From NCBI GenBank assembly GCA_012295275.1, contig CM022678.1, positions 5,084,001-5,148,000 on the forward strand: a stretch of 64,000 nucleotides of DNA, in the 5' to 3' direction. Both the position numbers and the translations under genes were made by a program. Origin of the DNA: Chrysomallon squamiferum (Eukaryota > Animalia > Mollusca). The notes beneath the pieces were generated by a model. That model saw nothing but the letters and a program-made list of their open reading frames with translations, did no database searches and had not been told where the DNA came from. This document shows, piece by piece, positions 39,227-54,473 of this stretch. Every line of letters starts with the position of its first letter. The first letter of the stretch is position 1.

Positions 39227-40593
39227 GTATGTATTAATTACTTGTATTTCATTTTGTGTTCCTACCCGTTATGTAATTAATTACTTCATCGAATAACAAC
39301 ATAAAAATTCAGAACTTAATATCATTAAGAGAAGGATACACATGCGTTATAAATACGAAAGCTCATTTTTCATTCTCGCAGCATTTTTCCATCTTTTGCA
39401 AGAATAGTGGAAAATATTAAAATAAATACGAGGTTCATCTACAGCTTCGTCATTTCGTGCATGAAATTATTAGTAAAATAGATTTTGTTTGAGTCACGGC
39501 TATGAGAAAAAATTACTAGTCCTGTTTCAACATGACAGCTTGTTTCTGTTTCAAATATTCCTTTCAGCACATCGATAAAAATGTCTGAGTTAATTAAAAC
39601 TATGACTCAACACGCCTACAGCGTTATCCAATTCTCACTACAAAACTTGTTTATTTTATCAAGTCTATAACAGATGAAAATTTCACTCATTTTTCGATGG
39701 TCTGTGCCGATAAGGTTAAATTCAGATAAATGTCAAACAGATTTAGTGTTGTAGAAATAAATGAAAGAAACATACTTACAGAATCAAATCGATCGTGGAT
39801 AATCAAGAATTTAAGAAATCTGAACCCATACTTCAGTAGTAATATTTCAATTAAAGAAAATGTAATAATGATCCAGTCTGTTAAGCACATTTTTGGAGAT
39901 ATGTGTAGGAAATGACATCACGAAAGAAACTGAAAGAATCAGTCTGGTTTTATTTATGTTATTTTAATGCGACTGAGGTAACGCGTTAAGGTGTTAGTGT
40001 AGTGTTAAAGAAAGAAAGAAAAGAAAACAAGTTGTCACTAACAATTTAATAGTGCAGTTGAATTTTTATTATTCCTGTATAAAGCTTCATAAGATTCTAC
40101 TTTCAGAAATACATTACGAAGTGCAGGTTAACATTACAAAATCCGGAAAGCTCCGGACCTTATGAGTGCCGGATTTAAAAAAATTTGGATATTTTTTGGT
40201 TATATATGCTATGTATATTTAAGAGAAAATTACTACCTGTATACTGCAGCAGATAAATGATAAAATGAGAACGATTGAGCAAGAACGCCTGTTAGCTGAT
40301 TCTGAGTACAGCGCCATCAAAACATAAACGGCGCCTCTAGAAAAGAATGGCCCGCAAACACGGTAAATTTGAAAATCCGCTCTGAAATCCATCCAGATCT
40401 GACACAAACATTTCACTGATTTCCATCACTCTATACTTGCATGAAAAATGGCCCAATCGTTTTAATGCCTATTACATCACCCAAAGAAAACAATTCATTG
40501 TTTGCGCACCATTCGTGCAAAATGATAATATCACTGAACATTATGATTCATCCTGCTGGCCTTTAAGTACACTACTTGTATATATTACAGCTT

Positions 40594-40660
<67 letters not shown>

Positions 40661-40661
40661 C

Positions 40662-40711
<50 letters not shown>

Positions 40712-41002
40712 ACTATCAGAAATATATGATCAAGTATAAGCTGACCATCTAGAATCCTAGATGAAACAAAAACATATTCTGGATTTCCATCTGTGTATGC
40801 TCTTATGACAAAAGGGTCCAAAATTACAAGAATATGATAAACTTCATAACTACGCAATTCATACTGAAAACTTTACTCACTACTACAACAATACTACAAC
40901 AACAAACTGCCGCCAATCAGTGAAACTTTGTGATTACAGTTATTCTTGATGGTGTTACAAATAGCTCTATAGAAGTGGGGGCAATTGTTTATATTTTTAT
41001 TT

Positions 41003-41037
<35 letters not shown>

Positions 41038-41486
41038 TTTGTTATTTATTTATTTATTTATTTCGTTACTTACTTAATTAATTAAGTATTCATTGTATTA
41101 CTACTAGCATCGACACGTCATTAGCAGTCAAGAAGAACATATCAATTACTTTCTCATTTTCATCCTGTTTCATTCATTCCGAATTTTCGAGGTTACCAGA
41201 TAGAAAACAACAATTAGCTTTTTGAAGTATCGCATTTGTTAAGATATTTGTTTTCATTATCATTATAATTTTATTTATATCATTTCCATTTTTATTTTAT
41301 TTTTACCTAGTTTAATTATTTAATTATTTACTTTCTTGGCAGTGATGAAAAAAAAATATTCGGTCTATTTAGTAAAACGACCGTGTATTTTAGCAAATAT
41401 TTACGTTGAATTTATAAACGAATGCTAGTAAGACATATTTCTTTTTCAGTTATTATATTTCTTTTCTTATCTTTTTATGTATGTAC

Positions 41487-41541
<55 letters not shown>

Positions 41542-42509
41542 AATGTATGTGACAAGGGGAATAACTCCTGTGGTGTATTCACTGGAAGGTGACTCCAAGG
41601 GTCAAAGAAATGAAGCATATTTCAAGGGAATTAACTCTATTATTAATATTGTATCGTATGGTTTCTTGTCATTCATTTACGTATCCTTTGGGATGCATAT
41701 TCAAAACACAGCGCTGTTGGTAGACATAGAAACATTGTCCAAAAATCACACAGGATCTTTCCGATAACTTTACCATAAAATGAGCTAAAAATAACATTGA
41801 AGTTTAATAGAAAATGCTTTCTTTCTTTCTTTGTAATCATAAATGGACTAGTCGTTTTATTTATTTTGGATGTTTTGGACGATAAACGAAAAACATTAGA
41901 TATATACAGTTTTGAAAATCGTACCAAATCGTAGTGGAATAAATAAAGAAAAATCAATAACAGATAGTGCTAAATATTTTAAATATTTCTAACTGTACCT
42001 ATATAAAATAAATAAATTTGGATGAAATAAATACTTTTTTAACTGTTTTGATTGACTGTTCACACTGCCATACAGTTTCAGTTTTCTTTAGTTAGTTTTC
42101 ACTTAATATTTATTTACACTAATTTACCTAGATCACAAATAATTTAAAGATCGGTATTTATCAAAAGAAGTAGTTATCATCAGACATGCTCGCAAAACGA
42201 TTGAATTCAAGACACCGTGGAAGCAAAGAGATATTAATTAAAAATAGTATATGACCCGAATCCGGGTGTTGACATTTTTCAGGACTTTAGACGTCACCGC
42301 GAGTAGGTCAGTTTCTTCAGGAGATTTTTCTGCCTGAAAAACATAACTAAAAGCAACAAAAGAAGCAAAACAAAGAAATAAAACAGATATAGAAATACAA
42401 ACACACACTCACACAGACACACAAATCCTTAACATAACCTGAACACGTTTCCAGCTAAATCAAATTGGGTTCATTTCATCATGTTAACTGATGAATTTTC
42501 ACCTTCCAG

Positions 42510-42964
42510 ATTTCTGCGACAGTCAATGGTGTAAGGTATACGAGAACGACGAACAAGAAACAGCCGTTACTGGCAGCTGTAACGATCTTTATAATGCTGT
42601 TAGACGGGGAAACTTGTCAAATATCTAAATCCATCTCTAGGAGAGATGGGCTTCGTTGGTAACTGTGAAACTAATTTTCGTCTCTCTGGTTTTATCTATT
42701 TTCATTCAGCGTCATACTGAAGAGGGTGTAGCTGGAACGTATTTGATGAACAGTATCACGGCTCTTAAGGTTAGCCACTGAAGGAAAAATATGGGGAATA
42801 AGGAACAACGAGAACAACTCTAGGAAATAATCTCATGAGTTTTATCTGGACATGATATTACAGAAACGCGATTTAGCTGTAGTTCTGTTTGAGAAGAAAC
42901 GGCAAAGGAAATAATCAGATAGTTTGTTGATGCAAGACCATGGACAAAGATTTTGTCAAAAAAC
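42510..42964 (+). pseudogene. Internally deleted pseudogene of the four-repeat family (copy D)
   Basis: Conserved acceptor ttttcaccttccag, then FCDSQWCKVYENDEQETAVTGSCNDLYNAVRRG. Frameshifts, stops and large deletions follow, ending in the family 3' UTR. Confidence 0.88.
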
Positions 42965-43137
42965 ATCGTGCTCAGACTAGTAACAATAAAGGAAACGAAA
43001 TTTTGTTTTGTCTTTTTTCTGTTGTTGTTGATTGTTCTGCTTCTTTTTCATCTGATTATTATTATTATTGTTATTATTGTTATTATTATTATTATTATTG
43101 TTGTTATTATTATTAATACTACTATTATTATTATTAT

Positions 43138-43175
<38 letters not shown>

Positions 43176-43668
43176 TAACTATGAACTGGCTTGTGAACAT
43201 TTGTCCATATACCTCCATGTTTCTGCAGAAGGTAATTTATTTGCAGTTTTCCAATTCCGAAAATGAAAGCTTATTATTGATGATCCTTCTTTCTTCTTTT
43301 ATTTCCAAATCACAAAATGTCTCAAGTTTAATTTCATCCAATTAAACATAATTTTGGGTTTACCCTGTTTATCTTTTGTTTCTTTACTCGTCTCACTGGC
43401 TACTAATTAATAAATAAAAAATAAAGTAAAAATAAAAATAAAAATTAAGATCATTACCGACATGAGACTGTAAACGAATGATACATTACACACACACACA
43501 CACACACCAGTTTATTATATTAATTTATTTTTATCATAATAATTACTTTTTATTTGTTATGTTTTACAAAACACATTTTATATATATATGTATGTACGTA
43601 TGTATGTGTATATGTGTGTATGTGTGTTTGTGTTTGTATGTGTATGTATGTATGAATGTATATATATA

Positions 43669-43709
<41 letters not shown>

Positions 43710-43710
43710 A

Positions 43711-43770
<60 letters not shown>

Positions 43771-44772
43771 TATTCGTTTTCATCTTCACAGAAAAACTTC
43801 AAAAAAAAAATAATTAGTGTAATAATGATGAAACAGATTGCTCAATGTTTAATTAGCTGTGATCCCATGCATGAATCGTGCAAAAATATAAATATAGATT
43901 AAAAGGATAATTAAAAAGAAATCTGTCGCAACTAACATACGTTCATCTCTTTCGTTTAGAAATAATCAATATTCCATTATCCATCTTTGTTCATTTTATT
44001 TTGTTCATAATATCGTTTGTCCTTCTTGATATCTTACTCTGTGAATAGAGAATAATTTTGTTCATTATTGCTTTCCAAACAGGTTCCTAATTATAGGGGA
44101 TCATTTTTTTGTAGTCTATATATCTATCATCTTGATATGTGTGTGTGTGTGGTAAGTTAGACTTTTTAATTAGTATGATTTCAAACGCGGAGATTGCAGA
44201 GTTACAGAATATCCGAATCAGATGGGTACAGTGTTTAAATAAAAACAAACAAACAAACAAAGAAACAAGAACAAATAAATAAATAAATAAATAAATATAA
44301 TATTATAATAAAATAGGTGGGTCAGAAAAAAAAAGAAAAAAAGAAAAATCAGAAAACATTCTGTTATCATGTTTAATGAATATATCGACCATTTCATTAT
44401 AAAGAAATGTAATATAGAAATGAAAAGTTGCATATTATACGCTAATAAATACAGTAATGCCGAAACAGCAAGTTTACAAAATAGTTTAGTATTCATAAAT
44501 TAAATTTCATAACCATGAATAGCAAAACTTAAAACAGATTTTATGAACTAGAGACCTTGCAGTTGGATATCACAGATTTCACTAATTAACCTGATTGATC
44601 AATTAAGGGTTATGTGTGTATATATACACACACACATACATCAAACACACACACACACACATATATATCAACGCTATTCATGTTTTTGAAACATTATTAC
44701 TAGGAAAGGCTGATAATAATGCTGAAATATAAAATTTTAATTTGTTCCTTTCATTGCATGGATATTATCTTA

Positions 44773-44822
<50 letters not shown>

Positions 44823-45565
44823 CACAAAGTCTCTACAGAGTATATACAGGTTACATCAAATTGATCAACAAATCACACAGAGTATACGGCTCAAACAAAG
44901 ATAATGCATAATTGCCTAATAATATCCGCCAACTCCTCACTCATATCCCTTTCTTCTCATTGTTCTGTGTGGTCTATGTGTCTCTCTCTGTGTTATTTTC
45001 TCTTTTACTTAAATAACCACGTCGCGGACTTCTCTGAAGTCAGCAGGGCGTAGCTGATAAAAATGTATTTTGTCTCTACCTGATGATCTTTAATTGTTAG
45101 ATGATTTCTGTAATTCAATTACTGTTAACTAACTGTAGATATTTAATTAATACATATTGCTAGGAATATTTGTAAAAATGAATGGTTGATATATTTACTT
45201 ACTTTAAGGGTATATATATATATATATATATATATAGGTTAATTTCGAGATGTTAAACTATATTAAAGTAAGCCATTTAGGCAAATATTAAATATGTTAC
45301 CGACATTTTCAAAAACTGTACCTTGAAAGTACAAAAATATAAAATATTATAAAAAGTAAAAAAAAAAAAAAAAAAAAGTAGCTACCAGCGAATTCTACAA
45401 GTAAGTATGAACTAAATTGCAATCCGTGACTTAGTAAATAAGTTAGGACCAATTCCTATGTTAAATATTACTGAGAAAACATTCTACAGCTTGATGAAGA
45501 CTCTATTAGGTATGGCTAAGGACCCTGCTATGTAAGAAAAACGGTTTACCGTCATAGCGGTTACT

Positions 45566-45902
45566 CAGTACGAGCGTAGTACTTTTACGTTATGTACCAT
45601 ACTCAAGAAGAAGGAGTGGATATAGGCTATAACTCCAGTCAAAGGCGTTAAAATAACTTCTAAGCTGCGGACGTTTCTCCATGAAATGATGGAGATACTA
45701 TAACACTGTAGAAAACCATTTTTTTTTTTTTTTGCATTCTCCTTCATTTCCTTTTTATAAAATATTTTTCTTTCATGCATATGTTTTCTCGAAAGAAATT
45801 GGGTTATTTTTGAGGGGCTGGAACGGACTAACGGTATTTCAATTAATTTCATTTGGGAAAATTGATTTGATATACGACCAAAACTCAGTCACTAAACGAA
45901 TT
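45566..45902 (+). mobile_element. Tigger/pogo fragment (right part)
   Basis: Matches 17429-17840 (cagtacgagcgtagtacttttacg ... atttcatttgggaaaa). Confidence 0.85.
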
Positions 45903-45906
45903 GTTG

Positions 45907-45942
<36 letters not shown>

Positions 45943-46369
45943 CATCATCAATACTATAAACGAAAAACATGTATTCATGTATGGTAGCCAGTTCTCTCTC
46001 TCTCTCTCTCTCTGCATATGCATATATATACATATATATATATATTATATGTAAAAGAGTGAAAAAAGTATATGATAACTGGAATATAATAGAAATTAAA
46101 ATAATATAATATCCATGGATCAGAAAAACATTGCCGTATTTTATATATGTTTTTTACAATACTTTATTTATTTATTCATTGTGTATATGCATTTGCAGAG
46201 AGAGAGAGAGACAGAGAGAAAAAGATGACTACTATACATAAATAAATGTTTTACGTTTATATGTATATGATTTTGCAGTACTAATAAAAAAAATCTATTC
46301 TTATGATTTACTTTTAATTATCTATATGTGTGTATGTTTATATATATATAATGTAAATAATAATTTGTA

Positions 46370-46903
46370 AAACACATATTAAAGAGGAGTCTGCTAAAGG
46401 ATTAAAAATGCTATTTAACACGTTATTTGTCTGTGATAGGTTTTTCAAACTGAGATGTCATGAAAAAAGAAACAACAACATCTAGGCTGAAGATAGAAAA
46501 AATAACAAAATAAAATCAATTAATTAATTAATAATAATAATAGAAAAATGTATTAACATCTGAGACCTTCTACATCTAATATGCAAAAACAAAACATAAA
46601 ATAAAAACATATGTATGCCAAAAGCCAAATAATTTCTACATTTTACATTACTTTTTCGGCCAAGACAAAAAAAAAAATAAATAAAAGGAAATATACGAAT
46701 ACAATTTTTTTTGTTTGTTGAGAAAACCTGTACTAAGTCCCATCTTTAACAGTTTATCCAAAACAGATGTTAATTTAATTTCATTTACTGCAATAAATTC
46801 TTACAGATTCGTCTGATTAACGGCTGATCAATATTTTGGATATCATAGATACGTCTCTAACACTGTAATTTAAGCCCTAGTGCAACACACACAGACACAC
46901 ACA

Positions 46904-46970
<67 letters not shown>

Positions 46971-48130
46971 CATTCGTATCTAGTATCTTGTGATAATAAA
47001 ATAATTCATATTATTCATGCCTTTTTAATTGATAATAGAAGGCACATGAATAGCAGTTAACTGAGACCTGAGCTAAGTTCTTAAAAGATATTTTTCAAAT
47101 ATGACGTGTAACCAATGGGAAGATACCATCTCGTCTGGTCCTAAGATTCACACGTTTTATTTTTCGTCAGAAATCTATTTTCTGTAATTAAGGCTCAGAT
47201 TATTTACGAATGAACTGATTGAACAAAATAATTATTATTCAAAACTTAATATTACAATAATAATTGGATAACTTTAAGTTCGTTCATAATAATTTAAGCT
47301 ATTCCAAATGTGGTTTTTTTCACAAAGTAATATATCTAGATGAACATATCAAGTGATATAAAATGAATATGTGTATTTGCACTGGATAACATAATATTGA
47401 TTATTGCGAAATCAAAACGGTAGACGTGTCTTACTTGTGACAGATTTACTTTAATTTATTACATTTTGTATCTTTCTGTTTTCTTCTTAGTCTTCTAAAT
47501 TTTGAGCTGGCAACGGTCTACGATGAGATACATGGTATCAAATCAAACAATATTGTTAAAGTATCTAATTATATAAAAAATATATATGTTAATTATAATT
47601 TGTAAAACAGATGTTAAAGAGCAGTCTGGTAAAAGAATAAAAATGCTATTTAACATGTTATTTGTCCAAGACAGGTTTTTCAAACTGAGATGTCATGAAG
47701 AAAAAGAAACAACAAAAATAAAACATCAAAAAGACAACAAAAAACCCCAAAAAAACACAAATTTGTTGTATCTAGACAGAAGATAGAAAAGATAATAAAA
47801 TAAAATAAATTAATTAATTAATAATAATAATAAAAAAAAGTGTATTAAAATCTGAGACCTTCTACATCTAATATGCAAAACAAAACATAAAATAAAGACA
47901 TAAATATGCCTAAAGTTAAAGAATTTCTACATTTTAGAGTAGTTTTTCGCCCACGTAAAAAAAAAAAAAAATCTACGATTACAATTTTTTTTTGATAAAA
48001 CCTGTACTAAATCCCATCTTGAACAGTTTGTCTACAGCAGATGTTAATGTGATTTCATGTACTGCAATAAATTCTGACAAAATCGTCTGACTAACGGCTG
48101 ATCAATATTTTAGATAAATGTGGATCTGCA
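46370..48130 (+). repeat. Two ~500-bp direct copies (46370-46850, 47610-48130), related to the 22.4-23.1 kb spacer
   Basis: Shared gtctg(c/g)taaa...tttttcaaactgagatgtcatg...tctgagaccttctacatctaatatgc...aatttctacatt. Confidence 0.75.
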
Positions 48131-48713
48131 CGAAGACATTTTTTTACGTCAATAAATTATTTAAGAACACCATATGGTAATTTCCAACAGTGTACTAGAC
48201 CTGTACATTTGAACTTTGTTCTTGATTGGTCAAAAGTGCAGGATATAAATTTGATGCTTTCAAAAATAATTAATTCCTTTCTTTGTTTAATTAATTACTT
48301 CTTTTTAAAATAATTACTTTCCCAAGAGAGACAATGGCAAAAAATAAAATAAAAATAAAAGTAACAATAAAAAAGTAAGAAAAAGAAAGAAAGAAAGAAA
48401 GAAACAACATAAAATAAAATAAAAAATAATAATAAAAAAATAAAACATTCCCGATATGAAATATTTCGAAATTGTGATCTGTCAGTGGACTGCGACTATT
48501 ATTGGTTTATCTGCTGACAAATCAAATTGTGGAACAGAGTGTAGTTTTCTCGTTCCACAGGGTCAGTTTTGAATGAATTTTAAATTATTGTTGAATTCAG
48601 TGTTTCATTGACTAGTAACGACAGTAGAAAATTAATTAAAATACATGTTAGAGAGCAGTCTGCTAAAAGAAAGGAAATTGTACTTACCACGTCGTCTCTC
48701 TACAGTTTTTGTT

Positions 48714-48827
<114 letters not shown>

Positions 48828-49528
48828 AATAAATAAATGAATAAAATAAAATAAAATAAAATGATAATAAAATCTGAAAAATACTCCGTCTGTTGTACTA
48901 AAATCTGCAATTATTATTATTATTATTTTTTTGTTTTGGCCACGTAAATGTTTTTTCTATGACTACCATAAAAAAAAATACGAATCGAAAACGAAGTACA
49001 GGTTTTTCAGTACACATGTAACACACCTATAACAGATGTCGAATTAACGTCTGTGTATTCTGATAAAATCATTTTCCAATCAGATAATAACGCTGCGAAA
49101 ATAGAAAAATAATAAACATCTTTCTCATGTATAATCAATATTTTAGATCCCTATGTCTCTACACGTACACATTATTTCAGGTCACTGGAGCATTTCACAG
49201 CATTAAATGGTAATTCCCAACATTTGAACTTTTGTTTGATTGGTTCAACATGCGAAATGATTGGCGTGACACACGAAGTGTTCAGAATCAAACTCCGGCA
49301 TCAGCGAATATTGACTTAGTCCAGTGTGTAAAAATTTGACAATTTATTTACAAGCGCAAAAACATTTCTTAAATGATCGATATCAGTGTTTTAAGGGTGT
49401 TCGGATGACCAGGAAAGAAAATGAGGTACGTGAGTCGTAGGTTGCTTTTACGATAGGACAACGTTGAGTGTATAAGACGAGAGTAAAATATGTGTGTGTG
49501 TGTGTGTGTGTCTGTGAGTGAGTGAGTG

Positions 49529-49577
<49 letters not shown>

Positions 49578-49885
49578 ACGCCAAAATTTGAGAAAATAAG
49601 TCGGTGGTCGAAAAAATTGGTAATCAGTTACAAGTATCATTTTAAAGAGCAGTATTTCTGCTTTCTAATGTTATTTCATAATGGACAGTCCATATATTGT
49701 AGTGAGAGTAACACATGATAAATAAGTTGGGGTTAGAAAACGCAGCTGATTTTTTGACATTTACCGTAGTTACTATTTCTGTAAAAGAGACAAACTACTA
49801 ACAGACTTAAACTTCTTATTTATTTATTTATTTATTATACTAATAAACTTAATTTTGGTCTAGGAAAGACAATTAAGGAAATCCA

Positions 49886-50007
<122 letters not shown>

Positions 50008-50067
50008 TATGTTTAAAAATGTAAGAATAAAATCGTCTGTTGTTTGGGTACTGCTAAATATATGCAA

Positions 50068-50112
<45 letters not shown>

Positions 50113-50627
50113 ATGTTAGTTTAACACATTTGTTTTGCTCAACACTTTGCTCCCCCACTACAATAATAAACAAATAATATAAAATAAAAATTAAAATATT
50201 GATGATGCTTATACTTAACATTACGTTTACAAATTTACAGAATTTGATTGGGTGCTGAATCGTTTCTGATATTAACAGAAAAAAAGTTTTATTTTCTCTT
50301 CATTATTCACACACACACACACACACAAAAAAAATACTTTTGTACAGCATAATCAAACATATAATTCTTACCTTTCAGAATTGGGAAAACAATCTTATTT
50401 CTGGTGTAAGGTCACGGCTGCTGGGAAATTTCTGATAATGAATCAGAATTTAACACGACATCATTTCTAACTGCCTTCGCCAATTTCCGTAGATACATCG
50501 GCAGGTGAAAAGGTAAAGAAAAATTGTTAACTACATTACTACTGGTTCTACTGAAAACAGGAACAAAAATAATAATAAGAATCATAACAACAATAATAAA
50601 AATCATAATGATAATTTTAATAATAAT

Positions 50628-50661
<34 letters not shown>

Positions 50662-50690
50662 TTAACGAAAGTGAAAAAGATGATAATGAA

Positions 50691-50728
<38 letters not shown>

Positions 50729-50910
50729 TAGTGTCCTAGTATGCTATTAGCGGTGATAGATTGTACGAAATAACAATATAATAGGTTGAAATTTGGTTTC
50801 TTATTTTACGTCAATTGTGGTCCCAAATTTCGATTTATAGGTAAATTTTCTGCCTTACATCAAATTGCACTTATTGTGTGATCTTAGCTGATGATTTTTT
50901 CACCTTCCAG

Positions 50911-50971
50911 GTTACTGCGACATTCGATTTTGTAATATTCATGAGATCCATGATCAAAGAACAGCCGTTTC
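50911..50971 (+). pseudogene. ~60-nt stub of a further family main exon
   Basis: ttagctgatgattttttcaccttccag followed by gttactgcgacattcga...gaacagccgtttc, homologous to the exon start at 27642. Truncated directly against the next promoter block. Confidence 0.65.
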
Positions 50972-50988
50972 TTTTTATCAACACTAAG

Positions 50989-51144
50989 ATCATTTGACTG
51001 AAGCCCACATGTTGCGACTACAAACTGTGATTTAACACAAAAACAAATTATCAGCTCTTTTGAATTTTTGTATAAATTTAAGAGTCAGTGAATTTGTCAC
51101 ACTGGAAGAGAGTCGCAAATATACTGAGCTAGTCAAGGGTAAGT
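50989..51144 (+). promoter_or_regulatory. Putative TATA promoter and non-coding exon 1 of copy E
   Basis: TATAAA at 51071; donor AAGG/gtaagt at 51138/51139. Confidence 0.6.
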
Positions 51145-51464
51145 CCAATTCATATACCAAAATATTTATTGGAAATTTTGTCTTGCTTAATTTTTTTTTT
51201 TTTTTTTAAAGATTTCAACATCTATAATTAGTGACGCAAATTAGTAACTTCTTCCATAACCTTTTGATTATTTTACTTAGTTACCTTATTGTTATTTGAA
51301 TACGAAGTTGACGAAAAAAATGCAGTTAGCATTTTTAGTTATGAAAATTGCTGATGTCACCATCTGCTGGCCATATTAAAATCGGTAAAATGCCTATAAT
51401 GTATCAGAACCGTGCTACTATATTAAAATTGTAACAAAATATTATTATTAAAATTAGAACAAAA

Positions 51465-51509
<45 letters not shown>

Positions 51510-51847
51510 AACAAATTGATAAAAATGTCATAGCTATAACTAGATTCTTTACGAAATAAGGGATAAACACTTAATCTCTGAGCGGAGCAGGCGAAAAACA
51601 TTTGGGCGAGGGATCTGGGGCTAATTGAAAATATTCATTGCATTAGGGCGAGAACCGCGTTAAATCGTCAGGTGTTCGATAAATCTGTTTGATGTCTGGT
51701 GTCTTTGAAGTCAGTTTTGTCTTTCATCCCTACGATATCGGGAAACTTCAAACGGTAACCATAGTCATTACTGTTTCACCTCTTCTAAATTTCAATAGTA
51801 ATATAAGAACAACAACAACAACAACAACAATAATAATAATAACAACG

Positions 51848-51878
<31 letters not shown>

Positions 51879-51918
51879 GAAGAATAACAATATTAATCTA
51901 TTTCAGACTGAGTTCATT

Positions 51919-52003
51919 ATGAAGCGTGTTTCAAATTTGCCATGCTTAGCGAAACTTCTCCTCGTTCTAGTCACAACTACGACAGGAACTGCAGAACAAT
52001 GTG
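51919..52003 (+). CDS. Copy E signal-peptide exon (MKRVSNLPCLAKLLLVLVTTTTGTAEQC)
   Basis: Acceptor atttcag at 51906, 85 coding nt, donor gtaaga. Confidence 0.85.
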
Positions 52004-52395
52004 GTAAGAATATCATCATTTCTTTTCTTTCTTTCTCATTTTAATATTTACTATACTTTTATTTCCCATATTGTTTAACTGTAATCTATATATAACCGTG
52101 TTAGAGATTGGGCTTCTGTTTTAATCAAACGGTGATTTTGAGAAAGAATAAAAAATGAAGGGTATAAATTAATAAAGGAGTTCGTTTTTCTCGTTATTAT
52201 ATTTGCTATATTTAAACAGTCAGTAAAGTTACATAGTCTGATATGTCTGGACATGCAACACTTATAGCTAATGGCGTTTTCTGCTGATGCAAAAGGCTTT
52301 GATGTTGATGCAATACTGAAGGACACACTTAGTTCGTAAACCACTAAACAGCACCTTTGATGATTCAAACAGATAGCTATGAGTGTACATCCCTC

Positions 52396-52440
<45 letters not shown>

Positions 52441-52695
52441 TAAATCAAACATAAACAAAAGTTCACCTGTCATTCTTATAAATTTCGAGACGCAAAATAC
52501 GGCATTCACTTAGCTCGTAATATAAATATTTTACTGTCCTACTTTGTAATTAGCGATGGCAGATTCCACCAGAAAAAAAAAAAAAATAATAATAAAAAAA
52601 AATCGGGCACAAGCTTCGATTTGTCTGAAGATGTTTTTGCCTTCATCAAACTGCGCCCATTTTATTAGTTTAGCTGTTGAATTTTCACCTTCCAG

Positions 52696-54248
52696 AATTC
52701 TGTAACAGTCGATGGCGTAAGATTTATGAGGTCGACGATAAAGGAGCAGCTGTTTTTGGCAGCTACGACGAGCTTTTCGCTGCAGTTAAACGGGCGGAAC
52801 CTCTAAGATATCTAATTCCATCATTAGGAGTAGAAGGCTACGCTGGTAACTGTGACCAGACTCATCCCTCCCGTGGTCCTATCATTTTTGTTTCAACGTC
52901 ATACGTAAGTAAATCCAGCTGGAAAACGTTTGAAGAAGAACCGTACCACCGCCTCTTAAGAATGTCCACAACAGGAGCGATACTTGAAAACAGGTACAAT
53001 GTGAACAACTTCACACAAATAAAATACATCGAGTATAAAGCAGGAGTCCAGTGGTTTGTTAAGAAGTCATCGTGCATTTCGCTGCTTCTAGAACACACTG
53101 GGAGAGGGGAAGTAATTAATGGCTCATTAGAAAAAGTAATCTCATCAGTCGTATCTGGACACGACATCATAGAAACGTGGGTCAATATGTACACGGAACC
53201 ATTTCGAAATATAAAAGTGACCGAAGAGGGGATGGTCGTCGGACAATTTGTCTGGGACATAACGATGAGACCAACTCCTCATTGGAGCTTCATGGACGTC
53301 TACACAAGCGGATTCGCTCTAAGGAACTCTTATATTCCCGGTCAGACGTATATTCTTCTATGGAAAATGCAGCCGAAGGGGAAGTGGTACGCCGACTCCT
53401 GCTGGAGACACGTGTTTACGAATGATGAAAATGGTGACAGAGTAGACGGTTCTCTTACTGAACTGATTTCTGCCGTTAAACGTGGGAACAGGGTGAAAGT
53501 TGTTATGGGAAACTTCTCGATTGAGGCGGACAGTGTGAGGACAAAATCGGGACAGATATCTGCTCAGCTTTTGAATCGTCTCTATCGTGAAAAAGTCGAT
53601 CGAAAATACAGAGGGTTCTGGTACTGGCAGATGGCGCATACGACGGGAACAGTGGCGACACTTAAATACTCGCTATTTAACGGTACTTCTGTTGGTGAAG
53701 AAACGGAAAGGAAAACAATCAAATGGTTTGTTGATACAAACCATGGAAAACGGTTTTATCAACAAAGAAAAATGGCGATATAATATCCGGATCGAAAGCC
53801 GACTTGAGAAGCGCTGTTGAAAATGGTGCAGAGGTACGTGTGGCTCTTCAGATTGATTCCAGCAAACCAGCTTCAAACACTGCGAGGAAAAGATTTGTTG
53901 ACTGGTGGGAAATGGACGGACATGGTGGATGGCTGTGGAACATACACAGCGGATCAGGTGGAAGACACCGCAGCTCATATGATTGTCCAAAACAGGAGTG
54001 GACATTCTTTAAGACTAGTAACCTGGAATTAGGTCCTTCTGGAGAAGTGTCTGCTGAGTTACTTCAGAGTGTCAGTACTGAAGAAGTGGGATCAAAGGAA
54101 TTCAAGATAAAGGAAGAGGCCTCCTGGAAATATATGATCGTCACTACACAAGGTGATGTCGACATCTTTCAGAGTGGTATAGGAGTACATAAGAAACAGG
54201 GTCCACTTTTCTGTTAAACATGCCATGAAATGGTTTGTCAACTATTAA
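52696..54248 (+). CDS. Copy E main exon with two single-base frameshifts (young pseudogene, 3-repeat variant, or assembly error)
   Basis: Acceptor at 52695. -1 at 53738-53740 (acaaacca vs acaaaacca) and +1 at ~54190-54204. Correcting both restores ...DTKPWKTVLST...HAMKWFVNY*. AATAAA at 54303. Confidence 0.8.
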
Positions 54249-54381
54249 TTTTGGAACCTTAACACACACATTCATACACACACATATATACATGCATTCA
54301 ACAATAAAGGAAACTAAAGTTGTTTTTGTTGTTGTTGTTGCTCTTCTTCTTCTTTTTCTTCTTTTTCTTCTTCTTCTTCTT

Positions 54382-54473
<92 letters not shown>

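Noticed and set aside
41543-41767. ORF YVTRGITPVVYSLEG...EAYFKGINS shared with 56830-56930
   Set aside because: Short, starts inside a (GT)n tract, no convincing splice sites or motif; similarity is explained by the duplication.
42251-42312. Possible upstream exon for pseudogenes D/F (...gagtag/gtcagt; also 57477-57537)
   Set aside because: Phase is incompatible with the main exon and there is no clear signal peptide.
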